Assembly: GCF_006345805.1 (NCBI RefSeq)
Contig: NW_021824924.1
Span: 1 to 18,239, forward strand
Source: Octopus sinensis
Taxonomy: Eukaryota
Length of the DNA: 18,239 bases
Direction of reading: 5' to 3'
Part shown: in pieces, positions 8,736-17,794 of the stretch
Numbering within the stretch: position 1 is the first letter of the stretch
Layout of the letters: the number at the start of each line of letters is the position of its first letter
Translations under genes and position numbers: made by a program
The notes under the pieces: model-generated
Seen by the model: the letters and a program-made list of their open reading frames with translations, nothing else
The model's database searches: none
What the model was told of the DNA's origin: nothing

Positions 8736-9785
8736 GTAGACATCACACATATGAACTAGTATGTACAATTTTAGTTCAGCTTAGCAAGATATTTTATAAG
8801 TGAGAGTGCACAATAGCATAAACAGGTAATCGGTGTTACGACTTTACGTCTATATGAATTAAACAAACGAAAAGAATGACATCTAATACACAACTTGGAA
8901 GAAATACTAAGCTTTTACCAAGTTCCCATATTGGCCAATACCTGGACATCGGGTTGGGTATATTTGATGGCTGCATTGGTCACACTTTGATGAATTTAGG
9001 GGAAAAAGAACTCATTCATACCTTTAGTTAATTAGGCCTCAGAATCATTAATTTGTCAAAAGTCGGTCTTTTTTTTTTTAGATGTTTCCCTATATCTAAA
9101 CTCCTGCTTTTATAAATCAAATGAGAAATTCTATATACACAAACAATCCTGTCACTCCCTATGGTGTTTAGCTAACAGCTGTAATAGGATATCTTATCTC
9201 TCTTCTAAAGATATATTTGATAAGGCAACCGCCCCACCCACCTTCTATAACAATGCCCCAGCTAACATATAAGATATATTAGAACACTTCAAGTAAAAAT
9301 ATGAATCCTAACAATTGACCTAAATATAAGGAGATAATATGGTTCTTACATGAAAATGATACTGACATGCCAAAAGACAATTAACAATATATAAACTATT
9401 ATAATTATTACTTTATTTACCAATATTTACAATTTATTTATTTTATTTAGTGTCTCCTGATCTAAGTCTTCAGGTCATCAGAGATGAGTCATTTTAAGTC
9501 ATCAAAATACACAAATTAGTTATATTCACTTTCCATGTATTTCGGGATGCTTACTAAAATATATTCGTTGCACGACCGCGACTTCATTACTGACGCTAAT
9601 ATGAAGGACAAAATGGAAAGCGATTGCAAGTTTTTGTGTGTTTTTAGATGGTTAAAATGGTTCTTCTATGATGTGGTTGCTTTAGTTTCAACACAGTCTC
9701 AAATGAAGTCACTTGCAAAAGAAATGCAACTCTAAACTATGTGTGCATGTATACATGAGTGTGTGTGTGTGTGTGCATCTTTCAT

Positions 9786-9976
9786 CTTTTACTTGTTTCA
9801 GACATTGCACTGCAGCCATGCAGGGGCAATGCATTCAAGGTGTCAAACAAATCGACCACAGGACTTATTTTTTTAAGCCTGGTACTTATTCTGACGGTCT
9901 CATTTGCCAATCCACTCAGTTACGGGGACGTAAGCAAACCAACACTGGTCGTCAAGTTATTGCGGGGGACAAACAC

Positions 9977-10036
<60 letters not shown>

Positions 10037-10045
10037 CTATAGATA
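9786..10045 (-). mobile_element. 3' half of the dominant SINE plus expanded (TA)n
   Basis: CTTTTACTTGTTTCAG...AAGCCTGGTACTTATTCT...GGGGGACAAACACAG, then (TA)n at about 9979-10034. Confidence 0.85.
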
Positions 10046-10600
10046 TATATGATGGGCTCTCTCGTAGGTTTCGACATATGAGACTGCGACAGCCTACTCT
10101 TCCTTTGTTAGTAACAACGTTAGTATGATGTCGGATATGACATTTAAGTCCCGTCAACAACTTGCAAAGAAGCCCACAGATGTTTCAAGTATGAGGATTA
10201 CAGGTCAATACAGGTGGTATATTTGCAGCTGTCTTTCTCCTTTGCCTTGCATTCCTAAGACTGTTAATGCTGGTTGCAACAAAGTTTTTTGTAACATTCT
10301 AACACAACGATCTCCAATTTCTTTGCTCCAAGGTTGTTTGCTCAAAAGTGTTGTGAACTGTATTGATTGCTGAGAGGTTACTCATCAGCTTATCTTTATA
10401 TCAGAGCCATGGCTGACCAACATTCCTGCGCTCATTATCAAGCTGGTTGTACATGAGGACTTTGGGTATTGTTTCATCATTCATTCTGACGACATGACAA
10501 GCCCAGCGCAACGGCTACTGCTTGAGGAATCTTTCAAGTCCACCAGTTCTTCACTTGCTTAACAGGCCGACATTAGAAACTCTGTCTTTTAGTGAATTTG
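10046..10600 (-). pseudogene. 5'-truncated RTE-clade LINE, ORF2 C-terminus and 3' end
   Basis: Single frame with in-frame stops: KDRVSN...LRWACHVVRMNDETIPKVLMYNQL...RRNVGQPWL*YKDKL...RNWRSL...ARQRRK...ICGLLCKLLTGLKCHIRHH. This matches the RTE pattern LRWAGHVVRM..R.PK..Y.EL...R..G...R+KD plus a terminal C2H2-like finger. Confidence 0.9.
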
Positions 10601-10660
10601 TGTGTGTAAGTATGTGTATGTGTGTGTGTGTGTGTGTACGTATATATCTGTGTGCACGTA

Positions 10661-11062
10661 TACTCTCTTTTTACTCTTTTACTTGTTTCAGTCATTTCAC
10701 TGTGGCCATGCTGGAGCACCGCCTTTAGTCGAGCAAATCGACCCCAGGACTTATTCTTTGTAAGCCTAGTACTTATTCTATCGGTCTCTTTTGCCGAACC
10801 ACTAAGTTACAAGGACGTAAACACACCAGCATCGGTTGTCAAGCGATGTTGGGGGGACAAACACAGACACACAAACATATACACACACATACATACATAC
10901 ACACACATATATATATATATATGCATATATATGATGGGCTTCCTTCAGTTTCCATCTACCAAATCCACTCACAAGGCTATAGTAGAAGACACTTGCCCAT
11001 GGTGCCACCCAGTGGGAATGGACCCGGAACCATGAGGTTGGTAAGCAAGCTTCTTACCACAC
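10661..11062 (-). mobile_element. Near full-length copy of the dominant SINE with a 17-bp internal deletion
   Basis: Aligns with 4415-4861. Lacks TTGGTCGACCCGAGGCT at about 10978. Confidence 0.92.
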
Positions 11063-11329
11063 ACACACATACACACATATCTATATATATATCGTGTGAG
11101 TGCATGCGCGTGTATCTGCGTTTGTTTCTGAGTGCGCGGTTTGTCTTATGTATGTATATGTACACATATGCAAATATATATACGCATACATATATATGAA
11201 TCGTAACGTGAACACGTGACTCAATATAAATTATATATGAAACATTTATTATTATTGTCGCAGGCAGAGTAAAGAGACCAGTGTCCACAATCTCATCAGC
11301 ACGAAGGTCCGTCTCCCCAACATGTTCAC

Positions 11330-11399
11330 TCTCTCTCCCTCCCTCCCTCCCTCCCTCTCTCTCCCGCTCTCTCTCTCCGTCTCTCTCTCTCTCTCTCTC
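11330..11399. repeat. (CT)n/(CCCT)n polypyrimidine microsatellite
   Basis: Direct inspection. Confidence 0.92.
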
Positions 11400-11670
11400 G
11401 TTTGGGTAATAATGAAATTTTAAATGCCACGTTCACACACAACACACAAATAAATGTGTGGCGGTCTACAAGTGCTTTGTCAAGTTTTTGCACTGTAGTA
11501 TTTTTCTTGTTCAATTTTTTAGCAATGATGTTGAAGAAAGCAAAGCTGTTATACATGAATAAATGATGAGCCAATTGTTTGTGCGTCCTGAGACGCACGG
11601 TTGCCGTAAAGTCGTTTGTAGGATTAATGAAATGGATACAAAACTTAATTTGAAAAATACCGTTTCAAAT

Positions 11671-11795
11671 TTTGGCTCAAGGCCAATAATTCTAATGAGA
11701 GTTGGTTAGTCGATTACATTGACCTCATTACATGACAAGAGCTTATTTTATTGACTTCGAAAGGGTGAAAAGCAAAGCTGACCGCGCGGCGGCAC
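11671..11795 (-). mobile_element. Highly diverged CORE-type SINE fragment
   Basis: TAGTCGATTACATTGACC...TTATTTTATTGACTTCGAAAGGGTGAAAAGCAAAG parallels 7581-7650. Confidence 0.6.
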
Positions 11796-11949
11796 TTTGT
11801 CCACCGCCTTAATGATTTTGTTTGCTCACCCACGCCATAATTTGAATAATATTAAAAATATTTTTTTCATATTAACCAAATGATGTAGCGTTCACATCAT
11901 CATCATCACCATTGCAATATTAATCTGCGGTTGTTGATGACATCGCAGT

Positions 11950-12210
11950 AATAAGTTCTTTGAGATGGAGATGTGGACTATTTCAAAGAACATTTGGTCA
12001 AATTCTCATCTGAAGTACCAGATGAACCCGGGACTTGGCAGGAAACCCAAAGGAGTAGCTCTGTTCATCTCGCTACTTTACTAAAAACAGTTCTGAAGAG
12101 AGCAAGTCGGGAAGTGATGTGAAATAAAAACCAATCAAATCAAAGTTGGTGCTCCAGCATGGCCGGTCGGTGCTTCTAATTGAAATCATTAACAGTAAAA
12201 GTGAAAAGTG
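11950..12210 (+). pseudogene. CR1-type LINE extreme 3' end
   Basis: GDVDYFKEHLVKFSSEVPDEPGTWQETQR (PDEP at 12018-12029) parallels VEVDVFKNELDILLSTIPNEPRTRHEVQTR of the minus-strand CR1. It is followed by GGTGCTCCAGCATGGCC (12148) and an A-rich end. Confidence 0.7.
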
Positions 12211-13104
12211 TGGTGTTTTTTAAATCTCAGCATGCCCTGCTTAGTGTAGGGAGACGAAACAAAGGCATTGAGATCTGTAACAAAAACGTTCCAAATGAGA
12301 CGTGACGGAATTAGAAGCCTTCGTAGTCGAGATTCCTTCAGTGATTTTATGACATAACATCACATTCTGATTCAGCACCAAACATCATTATCATTAATGT
12401 ATAGATTTTCAAATGATTTTTCCAAGAACATCATTTCTATCTTTGATATTATTGAAAAACCACACGAGGGGGTTTTCTAAGTCTGTCCTGTTTAGTGAAG
12501 TGAATGAATACAAACGTTTCTCGGTTTGTGCGTTATGTTATTTTACATGGCTTATTGAACTACAAGAGACGGATCATGTTAGAATTAGTTATACTTCCCT
12601 AATTCATTGATCTCTTTAATGGAATTCAGATCGCCATCGAAATGTTTCAGTTTGTTGAGATTAAAAATTTTTTTTTTACGTTTCACTATTGCTGATATGG
12701 AAAAGAAGTTGTGTAAAATTGCCCCTGGAGGTGTATTATGCTTGACAAGAATATAATTCAATCAATTCTTCCGGAAGTTCTCCGTGTCAATGTTGGAAAA
12801 TTTGATTTTCCAACAAAGTCTTGTAATGGATTCTATGTACTTACGCAAGAATTGGTGTATATATTTAATGCAGCCTTCATCTCATTGTAATATATTCATG
12901 CATGTATAAGTGTATAAATTTGTGTATGTGTACCTCATATATATATATATATATACATATATATACATGAAAAAGAAAACTGTATTTGTGTGTGTATGTG
13001 TAAGCTTCACACACGTGCGCGCGCACGTACTCACAAGTTTACATCATGAAAGAATAAAACTCTCAGGCAAATTAGAGATATACAAAATACAATAAAATGA
13101 TACG

Positions 13105-13550
13105 CTGAAGAAACTTGTAGGTGATCGTTCGACCTGTTAGAAATAGTAGCCATAGAAGGCGGCGGGCTGGCAGAAACGTTAGCACATCGGGCGAAATGCT
13201 TAGCGGTATTTCGTCTGTCGTTACGTTCCGAGTTCAAATTCCGCCGTGGTCGATTTTGCCTTTCATCCTTTTGGGGTCGATTAAATAAGTACCAGTTACG
13301 CACTGGGGTTGATATAATCGACTTAATCCGTTTGTCTGTCCTTGTTTGTCCCCTCTGTGTATAGCCCCTTGTGAGCAGTAAAGAAATCAGAAACAGTAGC
13401 CATATCTCACACAAATGATACTTTACCGGTTTAGAAAAAGGAAGGACATATTGGTTAATGATTCCTAGTGCAGTAAAAGTAATGTTGAGATGGTCACGAG
13501 TGGAAAACTTCTAATCAGTGAGAGTCGATTCGGTATTATAAAACAACAAA
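13105..13550 (+). mobile_element. CTAGAAATAGCAGCC-type retroposon tail, split by a nested CORE SINE
   Basis: GTGATCGTTCGACCTGTTAGAAATAGTAGCC resumes after the SINE as CCATATCTCAC...GGAAGGACATATTGG...GATGGTCACGAGTGGAA...TAAAACAACAAAAAC. Confidence 0.6.
13155..13388 (+). mobile_element. Full-length CORE-SINE (OR-type octopus family, name unverified) with a 16-bp TSD
   Basis: A-box-like TGGCAGAAACGTTAG, B-box GAGTTCAAATTCC (13230-13242), CORE GCCTTTCATCCTTTTGGGGTCGATTAAATAAGTACCAGTT (13258-13297). TSD AGAAATAGTAGCCATA (13139-13154) / AGAAACAGTAGCCATA (13389-13404). Confidence 0.93.
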
Positions 13551-13754
13551 AACGGGTTAAAAAATTCTTTCAAGAAATTTTCGTTGTTTCATTAAATTCC
13601 AATCCGGATGCATTAACTGAGTCTGTGGAAACGGTTGTAACTCGATGGCACCTAAGAACACATACAAACATACTCACACACATATGCACGCACATGCGTG
13701 TATGTTGTGTGTGTGCGTGTGCGTGTGTAATTTGAGAAAAATAACTATATTATA

Positions 13755-13896
13755 CTAACATACACACTCACGCTCACACAAACACACGCGCGCGCATACA
13801 CTATGTATGTATGTATGTATGTATGTATTATGTATGTATGTATGTATGTATGTAAGTGTGTATGTATGTATGTATCTATCTATCTATCTATCTATT
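13755..13896. repeat. (CA)/(CG), (TATG)n and (TATC)n microsatellites
   Basis: Direct inspection. Confidence 0.92.
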
Positions 13897-14122
13897 CATG
13901 TATATATTTACACATGAACGCATAAATGTGCATGTACTTGTAGAAGCGATGGGGTTTTCCATGTCCCCAACATGAGCATTCGGTTCTTCTATCGTATTTC
14001 TCTACTCGAAAAAGCATCAGGGTCAAGCACAGACACGTGATCTGTGAACCCAATTCTGAAACTGAATCCAATAGAAATAGAATGAAAAGCAGCAGGGAAC
14101 TAACGCCACTACTAGAGAGCCA

Positions 14123-14242
14123 TTTTATTTTGTTATCGACCCTAAAAGCGTAAATGCAAAGTTGGCCATGGCAGGGTTTGAACTCAGATTGCCTGACCAA
14201 TCACGCGGTGTCACGTTAAGAAACGCTGTCAAGGTTCTGCCT
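14123..14242 (-). mobile_element. Diverged CORE-type SINE fragment
   Basis: TTATCGACCCTAAAAGCGTAAATGCAAAGTTGGCC...GGGTTTGAACTCAGA, i.e. CORE-like sequence plus a B-box GAGTTCAAACC on the minus strand. Confidence 0.55.
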
Positions 14243-14545
14243 TACTTCACCATACTATCTTTGTACTTCCAGAACGTGTTACAGGTTGTTAGATAAACAC
14301 CTGGTTAGATAAGTTCAATGTGGTAGTCTGAAAGATAAGCGTGCTATAAATATGAGGATAAGTGCATCGTGCTACATACGTATATATACATATCTATATC
14401 TATCAATATCAGTATATGTGTGTGTGTATGTGTATCTATATATGTGTATAGACATATATGTAAGTACACATACGTACCGAATGAAAGAGAGTGAGAGCAA
14501 TATAAATCAGTATACACACACACACACACATATATATTATATATG

Positions 14546-14588
<43 letters not shown>

Positions 14589-14667
14589 TAATAAATTAAA
14601 CATATGCATATATATATATACATATATGTACGTACCTACCTCTACATGTATATATACACGCATATAT

Positions 14668-14845
14668 GAGTACAGGACACCAAAAAAAAAAACGTCGAAC
14701 ACAATGAGAAACGAAAACATAGAAACAAAACCCAAGGAACTGGACATTTTTCTTAAACAACAAAAAAATAGAGTACAGGACAAATAACACAAGGGAAAAA
14801 AACCCTTCTTCAGTCGCCATGGTTTCATCTACTCTACGTTTCGAA
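14668..14845. other. A-rich module after (TA)n with a 12-bp direct repeat; possible Penelope-type non-autonomous relic
   Basis: GAGTACAGGACA at 14668-14679 and 14771-14782. Minus-strand CTGAAGA (14813-14807) and CGAAACGT (14843-14836). Confidence 0.4.
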
Positions 14846-14849
14846 ATTA

Positions 14850-15662
14850 TTTTACTCATTTCAGTCATGCGGCTACAGTCATGCTGCAGCAACACTGATC
14901 TTTCTGATTTCCCCAGTCTAGGGCGTTTCACATCACCACGCCTTTGTCCCAGCTGTTGATCCCTTTGGTGTGTAGGGGAGTTTGATTTCGCTGCTCTCGT
15001 CTGCACCTCATGTCGGGTTCTTGGTTCATTCGGTATTGTGGAGAGGAGGATGTCTAGTTCATTTTTGAAGACATCTACTTCCACTTTATGCAGATTTCTT
15101 GATGTTTGTGGCAGGGCATTGAAGAGCTATACACATTTGAACCCTAGACTATTGCAGTACCTGGACCTGAATTTAGATGAAGTGGGTGGTACCTTTGGTA
15201 CAATACAATGATGGCCAGTGCTGGCATTTGTATACCACTCAATGCCGAAATTAGGTACTAGCCCTTCTCGGATTTTCCATATACAGATTATTGCGTACCT
15301 CTCACGTCTTCGTTCCAGGGTCTAAAGTTGCAGTTTTCTCAGCCTATCCCTGTAGCTCATCCGCTACACTCACAATCTTTTTAATGTAGTGGCGTCGGAC
15401 TGCTTCAACCTCCGCTGTTAGTTTAGTACTATGTGGTGACCATAACTGGGAGCAATAGTCTAGGCGGCTGAAAACAAATGTTCTCCACAGGGTCTCTAGA
15501 ATTGAAGGATCTCAGTACCCATCCTACCAGTTGTCTGCACTTTGCTGCTATGTTGGTAGTGAGCATATAAAATGATGCGTCATTGCACCTATTGATCCAC
15601 TACCTGTAACTCTGGGATTGTAGTCCCTTCGGGTCCTGTATATGCAGGCTGTAGTGCATCCG
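14850..15662 (-). pseudogene. 5'-truncated CR1-type LINE, post-RT part of ORF2 and 3' UTR/tail
   Basis: With frameshifts and stops: YTGPEGTTIPE, KCRQLVGWVLRSFNSRD, WRTFVFSRLDYCSQLWSP (RLDYCSQLWSP at 15466-15434), SYRDRLRKLQL*TLERRRERY, WKIREGLVPN, LFNALP, FKNELD..LSTIPNEP, RAAKSNS. Confidence 0.92.
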
Positions 15663-15669
15663 CGAGTTG

Positions 15670-15722
15670 ATGTGTGTGTATATATATATATATAGATATA
15701 TATATATATATATATACATACA
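15670..15722. repeat. (TG)/(TA)n microsatellite at the CR1 / Tc1-mariner junction
   Basis: Direct inspection. Confidence 0.92.
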
Positions 15723-15723
15723 T

Positions 15724-16102
15724 TTATATTTGTTGGTCTGTTCGACGAGAATGATTCCGCCCAGATGACTTGGCTGTTGCAACTGAACCAGTTGTTTTAA
15801 ACTTCGTCATTAGTCTTTGAACCGTAAACTCGTTGGGTGTTTCATTTTTTCCCAAAATGGTACGAAGTGTTCGAGCTGTTTGCGTCGCTCTTTCTCAGTT
15901 TTGGTAAAATGTCTTCCCGATGAGAACACATTGCTCAGTTGTAAACTGCTCTATGATACACTGCACACTATCCTGAAAAACGAACAAAACAAAACTATTA
16001 ATCGGAGTGAAGAGAGTAGCTAACATGATAAAAGCATGCCTTCAAAATTCAAAACACAAAAGTGTAGCCAATTCAAATTCGGCGCTCTTTATTGTACACC
16101 AT
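15724..16102 (-). mobile_element. 5' fragment of a Tc1/mariner-superfamily DNA transposon; DUF4817-type HTH transposase N-terminus, pseudogenised
   Basis: 15954-15724 reads IEQFTTEQCVLIGKTFYQN*ERATQTARTLRTILGKNETPNEFTVQRLMTKFKTTGSVATAKSSGRNHSRRTDQQI*, matching the pattern ME.+T.EQR+.I+K.+YQN.ES...P....+.RL+.KF..TGSV...K.SGR..S.RT..NI. The start codon appears as ATA. A TIR-like GGTGTACAATAAAG ends near 16100, next to TA. Confidence 0.85.
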
Positions 16103-16126
16103 AATATAGATATATATATAGTATAT

Positions 16127-16179
<53 letters not shown>

Positions 16180-16227
16180 TCATATATCATATATATTATA
16201 TAATGTATGTGTGTGTATGTATGTATG
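16103..16227. repeat. (TA)n and (TATG)n microsatellite
   Basis: Direct inspection. Confidence 0.92.
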
Positions 16228-16880
16228 TTTTTTCTTCTCTTTATTAGCTTATTTTCTCGAATGAGGGACTTTGTTTCTTACAAAAAAGCAAAAACTCTCT
16301 CAATGGAGATTGGATAACAATGATGATTGTTAAAAAAAATTCTGTACACTTTTACAATTCGTGTTACAGATTGTATCTATAAAGTTCGTGTCGGCCGGTC
16401 TCTTTTCTTTGCTTGAAAATCGTAGCTTCTGTAGATTGTGACTAAATTATTGAATGTCATAACCGAATACACGGATGAGTATGCAAATTTATAATCTGAA
16501 TGGATGAGCTGAAGATTTCAGAGCAGTTGACCATCGACATTCTCATTCTCGCTGATTTTAGAAACCATGTTCACATCTACAGGGCAACTTATATCTATAA
16601 CAGCATATGGCTTTTTTATCTGTCCCAAATCGCTATGTCAGGTCCGTTATGCTTGTACTTGGTAAAACGTTATTGGAATGTTTCACCAATATTCGTTGTG
16701 ATAATATGCATGTATATATTCCATAGCAGGCGAGTTTTGTATTTATCCTACAGCCTGGTATACTGTTTTAGCAACAACATGTCGCAGTGCAAAACAGTGC
16801 CTCGACTTTAGGACAACTGCTGATTAAAGGTGATATGTCCTCCACAAAAGAATGGCACAATTTCGGGTAAATCTTGGTAT
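16228..16880 (-). pseudogene. 3' fragment of an RLE-type non-LTR retrotransposon (R4/Dong-like): CCHC knuckle plus PD-(D/E)xK endonuclease
   Basis: With frameshifts: LCHSFVEDISPLISSCPK, LRHVVAKTVY, EYW*NIPI, KHNGPDIAIWD (PD at 16642-16637), VIDISCPVDVNMVSKISENE, NLQLIHSDYKF, L*IQSVTRIVKV. Then AATAAA and a short A run at 16245-16228. Confidence 0.85.
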
Positions 16881-16889
16881 GTTATGATG

Positions 16890-16984
16890 TATGTATGTAT
16901 ACTTACATAGTCACGTAAATAAGTCTAGGATAAGTATATATGTATATATAAGTATATATGCATATATATATATATATATATATA

Positions 16985-17029
<45 letters not shown>

Positions 17030-17256
17030 TATCTGCTATGCCTGTGCACGTACACGTTACCATACATATGCATATATGCATATACAAGCAGATACACGCA
17101 TATATTTATATATATATTATATATATATAGATAGATACATAAATGCATGCATGCATGCATATATACCTCCGTACCTATATGTATATGTATATACATGTGT
17201 GTGTGGTGTGTGTGTGTGTGTGTGTGCATGTGGGTGTGTGTGTGTGTGTAATATAT
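16890..17256. repeat. Compound (TA)/(CATA)/(TG) microsatellite
   Basis: Direct inspection. Confidence 0.92.
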
Positions 17257-17594
17257 ATAGTACTTCAATTGAATTGAGTGTTGGACGAGGAGTGAATTCT
17301 GTCTCAAGCATTCTGAGTGATTAAATTTGATAAGTACGTGTCATATTGGCCGGAAGAAGGACTAGAGAAAACAATTACAAAAGCCGTCTACTACCGGTTT
17401 AATTCTGACGATAAGATAGGACGTGACTTGGCGTACGCTAACCTGTCTTGGCTCAACACGGTCCGGGAGGAGTAACGTTAACAATCTTCTCTTATTATCC
17501 ACCCGCAGACAAATACCCAGAGCTGCCATCGTATCAACAACACACGCACACACACACAAACACACAAACACACTCACACAGATGCTGTTTGTGT

Positions 17595-17748
17595 GTGTAG
17601 CTGTGTGGTAAGAAACTTGCTTCCCAACCCCACGGTTCCAGGTTCAGTCCCACTGCGTGGCACCTTGGGCAAGCGTCTTCTACTATAGCCTCGGGCCGAC
17701 CAAAGCCTTGTGAGTAGATTTGGAAGACGAAAACTGAAAGAAGCACGT

Positions 17749-17755
<7 letters not shown>
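17595..17755 (+). mobile_element. 5' half of the dominant SINE, ending in (TA)n
   Basis: TAGCTGTGTGGTAAG...AGGTTCAGTCCCACTGCGTGGCACCTTGGGCAAG...AAAACTGAAAGAAGCACGTTGTATATA. Confidence 0.92.

Positions 17756-17790
<35 letters not shown>

Positions 17791-17794
<4 letters not shown>

Noticed and set aside
10125-10373. 82-aa + strand ORF
   Set aside because: Antisense to the RTE ORF2 relic.
13013-13028. Perfect 16-bp alternating purine-pyrimidine palindrome ACGTGCGCGCGCACGT
   Set aside because: It is short, embedded in CA/TG microsatellite decay, and expected by chance in that context.
13944-14153. 70-codon Met-late open frame KRWGFPCPQHEHS...
   Set aside because: Weak acceptor, no donor, end overlaps a SINE relic, and no recognisable homology.
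14596-15084. 162-aa minus-strand ORF as a host gene
   Set aside because: Its N-terminus is the CR1 ORF2 C-terminus, and the rest runs through UTR, the A-rich module and microsatellite.
16500-16811. 103-aa + strand ORF
   Set aside because: Antisense to the R4-like endonuclease relic.
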